A stretch of DNA of 64,000 nt from positions 1-64,000 of the forward strand of contig JABLTI010000001.1 in assembly GCA_013166835.1 (NCBI GenBank). The letters run 5' to 3'. Each line of letters opens with the position of its first letter. Positions within the stretch are counted from its first letter, which is position 1. This DNA comes from Promethearchaeati archaeon. GTDB taxonomy: Archaea > Asgardarchaeota > Heimdallarchaeia > JABLTI01. The position numbers were made by a program, and so were the translations under genes. Positions 1 through 9,570 of this stretch are shown in pieces. The notes beneath the pieces were generated by a model. It worked only from the letters and a program-made list of their open reading frames with translations. It made no database searches and had not been told where the DNA came from.

Positions 1-87
1 ATAGAAATTACCTATGTGTGGCCGTATGATATTCCTGCTGTTGCAAAATTTATTGGAAATCATCTAATGAAAAATGTTACATAGTTT

Positions 88-1050
88 TTATCTTTTTACT
101 TTGATTTCGAACTGCTCTAAACACTTTGGTAATCCATCATTTTTTGTAATCTTGGCAAATTCAGTAGCAATTACTCCTGCTAATAACTCTCGATCTTCAT
201 CTGCAGTATTCATGAAAACAAATCTACCTTTGGGAATGGATTTTGTGAAATTATAGTATGCCATTCGAGGATGATATTTATCTAACGGTCCATGAGCTAT
301 GAATAACTCTGTATCAATTTTTGATAATTCCTCTCTAATATCCCATCGCAAGTTTTGTCTATTGCTTTTTTTAAATTTCCAAGGTTCTCCACCTTGAACA
401 AAAGCTATCATTCTATTTTTTTGTGATTGATTTTGCATTCCCCTTAGATATATTTTGGTAAATATTGTTCTAAACGGTCCCAGAATAAATCCTGGGGTAA
501 ATCGAATAAAGGCATTCAGTAGTGGAGAACTATAGATCCATTTAGCAATTGGATCAAATGAAAAAGTAGTAGGTGGTTTGATTAATTTATCAATTAATGC
601 TTGAAAAACTACTCCTCCTCCATAACTGGCGGATGCTAACACATAGTCTATTTTATTTAATCCCAAATAATCAATGACATCTGCTAAATCCGCTGCCGAT
701 TGTTTTATTGATAATTGGATTTTTCTATGTCTATTCATTTTACTAGATTTCTTTTCCCGGGTTTCAAAATAGTAGTATTCAGCAAAACCATGATGTGCTC
801 GATGAAAATCATTCCAAGTCCATGGTGCTGCCACATATCCTGGCAAAAAAATGATTGGTCGTTTTGTGGTTTGCTTCTCCGGTTTGTGGTGTAAAACTCG
901 TAGTTCTCCGTCCTTAACTGGGATAAAAATTTCTTCATTTACTCCTTCTTCACAGAATAAAGGTGTGTCTCTTCTTCCTTTTTCGATAAATGTCTTTATC
1001 CACTTTTCTTGATCCTCTGTTAAATTGAAGTTATCATTATTATTGTCCAT
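88..1050 (-). CDS. alpha/beta-hydrolase fold protein
   Basis: IIFLPGY oxyanion-type segment, SASYGG nucleophile elbow, AHGPLD acid motif. Start placed at ATG 1050 because a GGGTG RBS precedes it (ORF track starts at 1083). Confidence 0.75.
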   Translation of the reverse strand: MDNNNDNFNLTEDQEKWIKTFIEKGRRDTPLFCEEGVNEEIFIPVKDGELRVLHHKPEKQTTKRPIIFLPGYVAAPWTWNDFHRAHHGFAEYYYFETREKKSSKMNRHRKIQLSIKQSAADLADVIDYLGLNKIDYVLASASYGGGVVFQALIDKLIKPPTTFSFDPIAKWIYSSPLLNAFIRFTPGFILGPFRTIFTKIYLRGMQNQSQKNRMIAFVQGGEPWKFKKSNRQNLRWDIREELSKIDTELFIAHGPLDKYHPRMAYYNFTKSIPKGRFVFMNTADEDRELLAGVIATEFAKITKNDGLPKCLEQFEIKVKR

Positions 1051-1200
1051 TGTTACACCCAGTAAGCGTTGTGAATAAATCATTGTGTCCTAATAGGTTT
1101 TATATCTTTGTTAGATAACTAGAAAATTAGTCGATTGACTTATCACTATAATTTACCTCATACCCTCTAGATTGGATTACTGTACGCATGAAAAATCTTT

Positions 1201-1222
1201 TATATGAAAAATATTTCATATA
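1201..1222. promoter_or_regulatory. ArsR/SmtB-type operator overlapping the arsM TATA box
   Basis: Perfect inverted repeat TATATGAAA-aata-TTTCATATA overlapping TTTTATAT; an ArsR gene lies in the same gene run. Confidence 0.65.
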
Positions 1223-1244
1223 CACTAGTTACTAAGGTGATAAA

Positions 1245-2012
1245 ATGACTAATTCAAAAGAAGTCATCAAAGAAAGTTATGCGAAAGCATTAGAAAAAGC
1301 AACTCAAGGAGAATCATGTTGTTCTCCAGTTGCAACAGAAACTGAATCAAAAGATGATTCGTGCTGCCCAGGTGATTTATCATTATCGCCACAGAAAAAG
1401 GAAATAAAAGTCCCTAGTTTTGGTTCCACAAGTAATCTTGCTAAAAAAGCTGGAATAAGAGAAGGAGATGTTGTTGTGGATTTTGGAAGTGGTCCAGGAT
1501 ATGATTTAACAGAAGCTGCCAAATTAACAGGTAAAACCGGGAAAGCAATTGGCATTGACATGACACCAGAAATGATCGAATATGCAACTGATTTAGCTGA
1601 AGAAATGTCTCTAGACAATGTTGAAGTTAAATTAGGAGACATTGAAAATGTGCCACTTGAAGATAACATTGCTGATGTAGTGATATCTAATTGTGTTATT
1701 AACCTTACTTCTGACAAGCAAACAGTCTTCGAAGAAGCCTTTCGAATTCTAAAACCAGGTGGACGCCTTGTTGATGCTGACATAATCGCTGAACAAGAAC
1801 TTCCTGAGAGCTTAAAGAATGACAATGAAGCTTGGTGTGGGTGTGTTGCTGGAGCATTAACAGTTGAAGGTTACACTGAAGCAATTAAAGCTGCAGGATT
1901 TGTTGATATCTCTATAGATATTGAGAGTAAACAAGCAGGCAGAATAAAGTGGAAAGACGGTAAAGAATATCTTATGAATAGTGGAATTATTACCGCAAAA
2001 AAACCAAACTAG
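1245..2012 (+). CDS. arsM: arsenite methyltransferase (ArsM/AS3MT family)
   Basis: VDFGSGPG SAM motif, GIDMTPEM, ISNCVINL, WCGCVAGA, N-terminal CC pairs. Confidence 0.85.
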   Translation: MTNSKEVIKESYAKALEKATQGESCCSPVATETESKDDSCCPGDLSLSPQKKEIKVPSFGSTSNLAKKAGIREGDVVVDFGSGPGYDLTEAAKLTGKTGKAIGIDMTPEMIEYATDLAEEMSLDNVEVKLGDIENVPLEDNIADVVISNCVINLTSDKQTVFEEAFRILKPGGRLVDADIIAEQELPESLKNDNEAWCGCVAGALTVEGYTEAIKAAGFVDISIDIESKQAGRIKWKDGKEYLMNSGIITAKKPN

Positions 2013-2047
2013 AAAAACGATTGAATTCTTTGAAGTGGTAGAGCCTA

Positions 2048-2857
2048 ATGACTATAAACTTTAAACTCGATAAAGTATCGAATCACATCCATTTGGATGT
2101 CTATGTGAACAAAGAGGGTCCCTTCAATTTTATTTTAGATACCGGTGCAAAAGCAACTACTATATCAAAAAAACTGGCTGATAGTTTAGGAATTGAAACT
2201 CTTGATCTTGATGTGGAAGATATTTCAGTAAGTCTTCCACACGAAATTGCTCTCTTGCAAGAACTGAGAATTAACAACGATACATATGAAAATGAAGATG
2301 TTTTGGTTCTTGATTTTGAAAAATTATTAGGTAAATGCGGAACGCATGTTGACGGTACAATTGGTTTCACTACTTTAAAGCACATTATACTAACTGTGGA
2401 TTATCCACAGAAAAAATTGCAATTTGATAGAGTAATTAATACTCAAATAGCTGATTCTTCGGATATAAATTGGCATAAATTTGTCTATCTCGATGATACT
2501 CATTTAGTTGGTATCCCAGTGAACATTAATGGATCAGATTCTTTTGATTTTGTTTTAGACACTGGTGCTGGAGGAACTGTTATTACAAAACAGTTAGCCA
2601 AAGAACTTCAACTTGTAACTACACCATTCCCCGGATTGGTTAAAGGAGTAGGCGGTGATGCTACAATGGAAATTGCTTCAACTGAACAATTCAAGGTAGC
2701 TATGACTAGTCAAGAAAACATGCAAATTATTGTTACTGATTTAGCTAAAGTTGCCCCAAAAGCTGCGAAGATAAAAAATGGTATTATTGGATATAACTTT
2801 CTAAAGAACTACAAAGTAATACTCGATTATCCAAATCAACGTTTTTCGTTAATCTAA
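2048..2857 (+). CDS. two-domain retropepsin-like (clan AA) aspartyl protease
   Basis: Two repeats, each with LDTGA (FILDTGAK, FVLDTGAG) and a G-x-I-G...DYP C-terminal motif. Confidence 0.85.
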   Translation: MTINFKLDKVSNHIHLDVYVNKEGPFNFILDTGAKATTISKKLADSLGIETLDLDVEDISVSLPHEIALLQELRINNDTYENEDVLVLDFEKLLGKCGTHVDGTIGFTTLKHIILTVDYPQKKLQFDRVINTQIADSSDINWHKFVYLDDTHLVGIPVNINGSDSFDFVLDTGAGGTVITKQLAKELQLVTTPFPGLVKGVGGDATMEIASTEQFKVAMTSQENMQIIVTDLAKVAPKAAKIKNGIIGYNFLKNYKVILDYPNQRFSLI

Positions 2858-2918
2858 CAACAAATAAAAAAGGAATACTATATAGTAATCATGTAAATTT
2901 CGTAATGGATAGGGTATA

Positions 2919-3380
2919 ATGAGTATGGAAGAACAAAAGAAAAAAGAGAAAAAAGTGGTCAAAATCGTTGCTGTTAGAGGGAGAGAAGATATTACCGATC
3001 TTGATGAAATAATTGAAAAAGTTGATTTGAAACAAATTTGCTGCATTTCTCTTGATAGAAAGGAATATCTTTCCGGTATTGATGTTTTCGAAAAGGCAGA
3101 TGATTTTTCGTCACAATTAAAGCTCATTGCCAACCCTATTCGACTAAAAATTCTCTTAGTTCTTTTGAACAAGGAATGGGCTTGCAACTGTGAATTTGAA
3201 TCTGCATTTAATGAACATCAAACCCTAATATCACATCATTTGAGAAATTTACGAGAAGGTGGATTGATTACTTTTGAGAAAAAAGGGCAATGGAAATTCT
3301 ATAGGATACCGGATGAAATTCGACCCTTTCTGGAAAATGTGCGAGACTTAATCTATATTCTTCCAAAGAAATGTTGCTGA
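2919..3380 (+). CDS. arsR: ArsR/SmtB family transcriptional regulator
   Basis: ANPIRLKIL...QTLISHHLRNL...KKGQWKFY winged HTH; Cys clusters. Confidence 0.85.
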   Translation: MSMEEQKKKEKKVVKIVAVRGREDITDLDEIIEKVDLKQICCISLDRKEYLSGIDVFEKADDFSSQLKLIANPIRLKILLVLLNKEWACNCEFESAFNEHQTLISHHLRNLREGGLITFEKKGQWKFYRIPDEIRPFLENVRDLIYILPKKCC

Positions 3381-3426
3381 AAATTATCCGCAAATATTTT
3401 TCTTAAGAAAATAGGGTTGTATTTTT

Positions 3427-3750
3427 ATGCCTCTACCTGATTGGATATTAGAATGGATCCAAAAGGATCGCTTAGTAGCTAGTAAATATAGAACGAGTAG
3501 GAAATACTTGCGACACTCTAAGCGAATTCAATTCCTAGAGGGGGAGAAAGACAAGAATACTGATAATTGGGCTTGGTTCAAATACGTGGTAATTAGTCAG
3601 AAACATGGGAAATATTGGGTTCGTTTTACAGATGGCATATATGAGTGCAGCTGTCCTTTCTTTAAACACAGAAAGATTTGTTCTCACATTCTTGGAGTAG
3701 CTCAATTAATTGATGTTTGGCCACGAAAAGAATCAATATTCCCTTCATAG
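3427..3750 (+). CDS. SWIM zinc-finger protein
   Basis: C-terminal CSCPFFKHRKICSH (CxC...CxH). Confidence 0.75.
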   Translation: MPLPDWILEWIQKDRLVASKYRTSRKYLRHSKRIQFLEGEKDKNTDNWAWFKYVVISQKHGKYWVRFTDGIYECSCPFFKHRKICSHILGVAQLIDVWPRKESIFPS

Positions 3751-3773
3751 AAGACTAAATCAGTTTTTTGAAA

Positions 3774-4655
3774 TTAGGGAGAAGGATTAGAATTTTTCTC
3801 ACTTGTATTGAAATCTTCTGGGAAAGGGTTTTCAGTTAAATCAATCGTTGTTCTTATATCTTCAATAATGCGATCACGTAGAAATACCAAAAGATTTGGT
3901 AGTTGACGAAGATCCCTTATAATAAAATCGGGATTCTCATCTCTTAGAAGTTGTTTTGCGAAATCCATAATTTCATCATTTACTGCTATAGTCATAGTTC
4001 CTGCTCTTTTACCAGCAATTATATCACTCGCTTGATCCCCAATTGTGATTACTTCATCTGCTTCTAAGCCTAAAACTTCCATAGCTTTAATCAAACCTAT
4101 AGCATTAGGTTTGAGAACTTTGACATCATCTCGAGTTAAAATTAGATCGAATTCATTTATTTCAGGAATTTTCTCTTTAGCGATATCGATAATACCTTGA
4201 CTTGTATTAGTTAATAAAATGACTTTGTAATCTTGAGCAAGAATTTCCCTAAGAACTTCTCTGACGCCAATATTGGGTACAACTGTCTTTCTATTTTTTC
4301 TGTATATTATAGCCAATGTTATCATGTATTTGAGTGTTTGAAAATTCGACATACCAAAATTCTTTCCCACTCCAAATATGTACTTGAATAAGGTTGTCTT
4401 ACTTGAATCCTCATCTATGGAAGATAACATAGTAAGGACTGAAAGTGCCATGTCAGTTATTTGTTCTCTCGTAATATCAGGTTTCACTCTTATAGCTGCA
4501 CTTGTCATTGGCCAACCAATTCTAGCATGAAATGAAGATAACACACCATCGAAATCAAAAATAATTCCTTTGATTTTTGAACCGTTGTTTTTAGTAGCAG
4601 TAGTAGCTGTAGAGGTTTTCTTAATTTTGCTAGAAGTCATTTTAATGAGATCCAT
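3774..4655 (-). CDS. HAD-superfamily hydrolase (phosphoglycolate phosphatase-like)
   Basis: FDFDGVL, LTN, KP and IGDQASD motifs I-IV. Confidence 0.85.
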   Translation of the reverse strand: MDLIKMTSSKIKKTSTATTATKNNGSKIKGIIFDFDGVLSSFHARIGWPMTSAAIRVKPDITREQITDMALSVLTMLSSIDEDSSKTTLFKYIFGVGKNFGMSNFQTLKYMITLAIIYRKNRKTVVPNIGVREVLREILAQDYKVILLTNTSQGIIDIAKEKIPEINEFDLILTRDDVKVLKPNAIGLIKAMEVLGLEADEVITIGDQASDIIAGKRAGTMTIAVNDEIMDFAKQLLRDENPDFIIRDLRQLPNLLVFLRDRIIEDIRTTIDLTENPFPEDFNTSEKNSNPSP

Positions 4656-4800
4656 TATACATCTTTTATTTAAGCCAAATATTTTTGTCAGTGCTGTCTG
4701 AATAATTTAAAGCTATTGCCATTATTGAATATTAGTATATGTACCTTTAACTAAAGATAATGTTTGAGTTAAGAAAATAAAGAAGGAAATGCGAAGTATC

Positions 4801-5556
4801 TTAATTAATCATTTTTGATACTTCTTTTGCAAGGAAATCTACAAGTTTCTTGAAATAAATTTTGCCATCTTTTGCGGAAGCTCTCCTTGGATCACCAAGA
4901 ACACCATTATCAGTTAGAGCTTTCATACCTTTCTCAAAAATTATTTCCCCTTCTTTTTCTGTGAATTTTTCAATGAAACCAGGATTAAATCTATCTTTTA
5001 TAACTAATTCTTCTGCTAAAGCTAGAATTAGTGAGGTTTCATTTTCACCTGCATGAGCTCCTGCTTCTTCCTGACTCTTCCCTGCTTCAATAGAATAGCT
5101 AGTTAAAATTTCAAGAAATCCGTAAAGATCAGTATAACCAAAAATCTTTACTTTTGTGAGTTTTTTATTTAAATCATTAATTGCTTCTTCCAAGTGTACA
5201 AAATTTCCACCATGACTTGGAATGAAAACTAGATTTTCGAAACCGTGTTTGGCAACACTTTCAGCATAATCAGATACCATAGCTTTAAAAGTTTCAGAAC
5301 TTAGGGTGATGGTTCCGGGAAAACTCAAGTGGTGCTTTGAACAACCAATCCTTATTGTTGGACCTTGTAGTGCTTTACCGATTTTCTTGACTATTTCATT
5401 AACTAAAGAATCTCCAATTAAAGTATCTGTTATTGTAGGTAGGTGTGGTCCATGTTGCTCTATTGAGCCGACGGCCACTACTAAAGTCTTGTATCCTTTT
5501 TGAATTGCTTCTTGAATATCTTGCCAGTTCATTTCTTCGGTTCTAATGGTTTTCAT
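4801..5556 (-). CDS. creatininase/MftE family amidohydrolase
   Basis: GSIEQHGPHLP, D, HGGN, HAGENETS, GVLGDP. Start placed at ATG 5556. Confidence 0.9.
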   Translation of the reverse strand: MKTIRTEEMNWQDIQEAIQKGYKTLVVAVGSIEQHGPHLPTITDTLIGDSLVNEIVKKIGKALQGPTIRIGCSKHHLSFPGTITLSSETFKAMVSDYAESVAKHGFENLVFIPSHGGNFVHLEEAINDLNKKLTKVKIFGYTDLYGFLEILTSYSIEAGKSQEEAGAHAGENETSLILALAEELVIKDRFNPGFIEKFTEKEGEIIFEKGMKALTDNGVLGDPRRASAKDGKIYFKKLVDFLAKEVSKMIN

Positions 5557-5824
5557 TGAATTAACCCTTGTTTTCAATAATATTTGAGTTAATAAAATTA
5601 ATCAAATCAATTGTCAGTGATTTTCATTACCCAATCATTGGAATGATTAACTATTTGCTTAACTAAAAAAACTCCTTTCTGTCGAATGAATTCAAATCAA
5701 AGATTTTTCTTAAGTTTAGCATATAAAGTAAATGTTATAACTTGTAAGAACAAGAATTTAATTCATAGCGAATACTGCAGAATATATTCAGCAATATTCC
5801 ACTCGACTTCAGAGAGTTTTGCGT

Positions 5825-8800
5825 ATGAAAGCACCGCTAAAAATACTTCATCTTGAAGACAATAAAATCGATGTTGAATTAGTTAAAGAAATCCTTACTT
5901 TGGAGGATGTAAATTGTAATATCACAAGTGTAGATACACGAAGTGATTATATCAATGCCCTAAAAGATGAATCAATAGACATTATATTAGCTGATTACAG
6001 TTTACCTTCATTTGACGGTTTAAGTGCTTTAAAACTCACACGTGAAATGGGTTTGCAAACTCCTTTCATACTTGTATCTGCAGTATTAGGTGAAGAATTA
6101 GCAATTGAAGCCCTACAGAGTGGTGCTACAGATTATGTTTTAAAATCTCGGATGGAACGTTTAGTTCCTGCAATCCAAAGAGCATTACGTGAAATAGAAG
6201 CAAGAGATCAAAGAAAAAAATTAGAGATAACTATAACAGAACTTGAAGATATGCATCAGAAGCTTGCTGAACGCGTTCGTGGATTTCTAAAAATGGATTT
6301 ACCTTCCGGAAAATTCTCCTTAGTTGACATATTTCTTGAGGATTTAAGTGGGTACACAACACAAAACTGGTATGATAATCCTAATTTTATTCAACAAATT
6401 ATTCACCCAGATTTCAAAGATTACTATCTCAGGAGTTTCAAGCAAATGCAAAGTGGTTTCGTACCAAAGATGCTTGAATACAAAATCTTGCGAAAAGATG
6501 GAGAAGAAAGATGGTGGCTCCAATTTAATATCGGAGCCTATGATATAGAACAAAAATTAGTCTCAGTTTCCATTGTAGTTATTGATAATACAGAAACAAA
6601 GGATTCGTTCATAAAATACCAAAACTTATTCGAAAATGCATTAGTAGGGATGTTTCGATCTAGTATTGACACAGGGGCAATCATAGAAGCAAATGAAACG
6701 ATGGCGAAATTATTTGGTTGTGCAACAATTGAGGAATTCAAGCAACTCTCAGCCGGACAATTTTATCCAAATGAAAAGGCTCGGTTAGAGTTTCTTGACG
6801 AACTACAAAAAGAGGGATTTGTAAAAGGACATCAAATGAAATTATATCGAAAAGATAAAACACCAATCTGGCTAACATCCTCATCAAAGATTTATCCTAA
6901 AGAAGGATATCTAGAAGGCGTTATGACGGATATAACAGAACAAAAGATAGCTCAAATGGAGCTAGCTGCTAGGGAGAAAGAACTAGAGAATATCTTTGAA
7001 CATAAAGGCACTGCAACCATAACCATCGAAGAGGATATGATTGTTTCCAAGTGTAATCATCAATTGGAAATCATGTCAGGTTATACTAAAGAAGAGATTG
7101 TAGGCATAAAGAAGTGGACTGAATTTGTTCATCCAGATGATTTACCAAGATTAATTAGTTATCATCAAGCTCGAAGAATAAAAGAAGATGAAGCACCATC
7201 TACTTATGAGGCTCGATTAATTCGTAAAGATGGTCAAGTGGTTCAATCTTTTATTACAGTTAGTTTGGTGCCTGGATCTAAGCAAAGTATTGCTTCCTTA
7301 TTAGATGTCTCTCAGAGGAAAAAAGCAGAACAAGCACTTGAACGAGACAGAAAAGTACTCCAGATAATTGCAGAAGCTGCCGTTCAATCAATAGATATAC
7401 AAGATCTCTGTCAAAGAGTTTTGATAGGTATAGTAGAGACTTTAGGTTTTGATTCAGGTTCAATTCGTATTTATTATGAAAATGAAAAAATTCTCCGCTC
7501 AATGGCAGATTACGGATTAGATGAACAAGCAAAGGAAATGCTACAACATGTATCTATAGAAGATACCGAAATGCCTTTATCACAATTTCTTGGAAAATCG
7601 ATTTTTGCACCAGATACTCACGAACATGAATTTTTGAAAAACACTGATATTATATCCAAGTATAAATACCGTTCATTTATTTCTTGGCCTATTTATAATG
7701 CTAATAAAAAATTCTTGGGATCAATTCAATTAGGATCACAACTCAAGAAAGACATACCGGAAGAAGACCGTTTGTTTTTTGAGAATATTACTGGAATCTT
7801 TTCTACTTCCGTAGAAAGAAAAATGGCTGATGAAGCTCTAAGAGAGAGTGAAAGCCAATACAGAAAATTAGTTGAATCCATGCCAAGACAAATGGGTGTG
7901 CTATTAATTCAGAATAACGAAATAAAATATGCCAGTCCAACAATTTTCAAAATCCTACAAATAAAATCTATAAAGGATATAATTGGTGCAGATCCTTTAC
8001 GATATTTTAGTGATGCTAACCAAGAACAAATTGATAATTACTTGAATTCGATTTACGAATTTGATGATAAAGAACCATCTCTCTATGAAACAGTTTTGAA
8101 GAGAACAAATAATGAAGAATTTCCAGCTGAAATTTATGCCACACTAACAACATTTCGTGGTGAACCTGCTGTTCAAATAATAATTTGGGAAATCACTGAA
8201 CGAAGAGAATTTGAACGACAAAGAAAGCAATTAGTAAATATCATTGAAAATAGTAAGGAAGTAGTTATATCTGCAGATACTAAGGGAAACATAATCTATG
8301 CAAATGCCCCAATTGAAGATGTGCTTGGCTATACTCCAGAAGAATTAATTGGAAAACCTCTTTCTATCCTTGCTCCACCTGGTGGAGAGCAGCTACAAGA
8401 AGATATGATAAAAACTACTCTTGCAGAAGGAAAAACAACTTTAGAAAGTGTTCGTAAGCACAAAGATGGATCTCTTATTCAAGTTATTATGACATTAACT
8501 TCAATAACCGATGAGGAAGCACAATTATCAACAATTAATGCTATTATCGTTGATATATCAGATCTAAAAGAATTAGAGGCGTCTCTAAAGGGACGATCTT
8601 ATGAGCTCGAAGTTTTAAATAAAATAATTTCTGCAGGTTATAACGCTAAAAACATGGATGAATTACTTGATTTTACTTTATCCACGCTATTGAACTCACT
8701 TGATTTCAATGGTGGTGCTATTTATTTCATTAATGAAGAAACCAAAAAAGCTGAAATTCGTCGATCTTTAGGCTTGTCCAGCCAATTTGTAACTGATGCA

Positions 8801-9418
8801 AAAGAATTGTCTATTGCAAACAAATCTTTCAAAAAATTATTTGTTGATGGAAAAACAATCTTTGTTGAAGATTATATGAAAATGAGTGACGGTCACAAAG
8901 GACTTGGAATATCAACTCTTATAGGAGTGCCTTTCTTTTCAAAACAAAAAGTCATCGGCGGTTTAATACTTAGTTTGAAAGAAAAGAGAACTATTTACAA
9001 AGATGATTTATCTATATTTGAAGCAATTGGTCGTGAAATGGGTACAGCTATAGCGAAAATACGTGCTGAGGAAGAGGTTATCAGTTCTGAAGCAAACCTT
9101 CAAACAATTTTTGATGCAATTGAGGATTTCTTTATTGTATTTGATAGTGAGTCTGGAGTAATTTTGAATATAAACAAAGGTGTGCGAAAGAAGCTTGGAT
9201 ATACTAAGAAAGAACTGTTAAAGAAAAAATTCACTGATCTCTTTCCAGAAGACGAAGCGAAAACAATGGAGAATCTCCTTGAAAAGGTGGTCAAAGGTAA
9301 ATTAAAAGAAGGACCATTAATTTTGGAATCAAAAACTGGAGATAAGATGGTAGATACTTTCGTTTTTTATAAAGCAAAATATACAGATCGAACTGTTATA
9401 ATTGCTCGCTGTAATTGA
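5825..9418 (+). CDS. large REC-PAS-GAF sensor protein with no recognisable kinase output
   Basis: N-terminal receiver (HLED, ILAD, VLKS), several PAS/PAC units (HPD, RKDG, DIT) and two GAF-like segments; ends in a PAS. Confidence 0.85.
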   Translation: MKAPLKILHLEDNKIDVELVKEILTLEDVNCNITSVDTRSDYINALKDESIDIILADYSLPSFDGLSALKLTREMGLQTPFILVSAVLGEELAIEALQSGATDYVLKSRMERLVPAIQRALREIEARDQRKKLEITITELEDMHQKLAERVRGFLKMDLPSGKFSLVDIFLEDLSGYTTQNWYDNPNFIQQIIHPDFKDYYLRSFKQMQSGFVPKMLEYKILRKDGEERWWLQFNIGAYDIEQKLVSVSIVVIDNTETKDSFIKYQNLFENALVGMFRSSIDTGAIIEANETMAKLFGCATIEEFKQLSAGQFYPNEKARLEFLDELQKEGFVKGHQMKLYRKDKTPIWLTSSSKIYPKEGYLEGVMTDITEQKIAQMELAAREKELENIFEHKGTATITIEEDMIVSKCNHQLEIMSGYTKEEIVGIKKWTEFVHPDDLPRLISYHQARRIKEDEAPSTYEARLIRKDGQVVQSFITVSLVPGSKQSIASLLDVSQRKKAEQALERDRKVLQIIAEAAVQSIDIQDLCQRVLIGIVETLGFDSGSIRIYYENEKILRSMADYGLDEQAKEMLQHVSIEDTEMPLSQFLGKSIFAPDTHEHEFLKNTDIISKYKYRSFISWPIYNANKKFLGSIQLGSQLKKDIPEEDRLFFENITGIFSTSVERKMADEALRESESQYRKLVESMPRQMGVLLIQNNEIKYASPTIFKILQIKSIKDIIGADPLRYFSDANQEQIDNYLNSIYEFDDKEPSLYETVLKRTNNEEFPAEIYATLTTFRGEPAVQIIIWEITERREFERQRKQLVNIIENSKEVVISADTKGNIIYANAPIEDVLGYTPEELIGKPLSILAPPGGEQLQEDMIKTTLAEGKTTLESVRKHKDGSLIQVIMTLTSITDEEAQLSTINAIIVDISDLKELEASLKGRSYELEVLNKIISAGYNAKNMDELLDFTLSTLLNSLDFNGGAIYFINEETKKAEIRRSLGLSSQFVTDAKELSIANKSFKKLFVDGKTIFVEDYMKMSDGHKGLGISTLIGVPFFSKQKVIGGLILSLKEKRTIYKDDLSIFEAIGREMGTAIAKIRAEEEVISSEANLQTIFDAIEDFFIVFDSESGVILNINKGVRKKLGYTKKELLKKKFTDLFPEDEAKTMENLLEKVVKGKLKEGPLILESKTGDKMVDTFVFYKAKYTDRTVIIARCN

Positions 9419-9570
9419 TTAGAATTAAATCTTTCAATCTATATCATCTATTTTTTTCAAAAAGTCCTCTATCAAAAGTAAAATAAATTACTTTTAAAGT
9501 TAATAAAGTGGAAGAATTATAAATTGGCTTTCAATTTAAACAAAAACTTCTTCTCGCGGTGCAGAATTGC

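Noticed and set aside
1304-1825. 173-aa antisense ORF, and the other short antisense/overlapping ORFs in the track
   Set aside because: These are shadows of well-supported genes on the opposite strand or in another frame, with no motifs.
3372-3440. TGA directly after CC in arsR as possible selenocysteine
   Set aside because: Read-through gives a short featureless tail running into the next gene, and no SECIS-like hairpin is evident.
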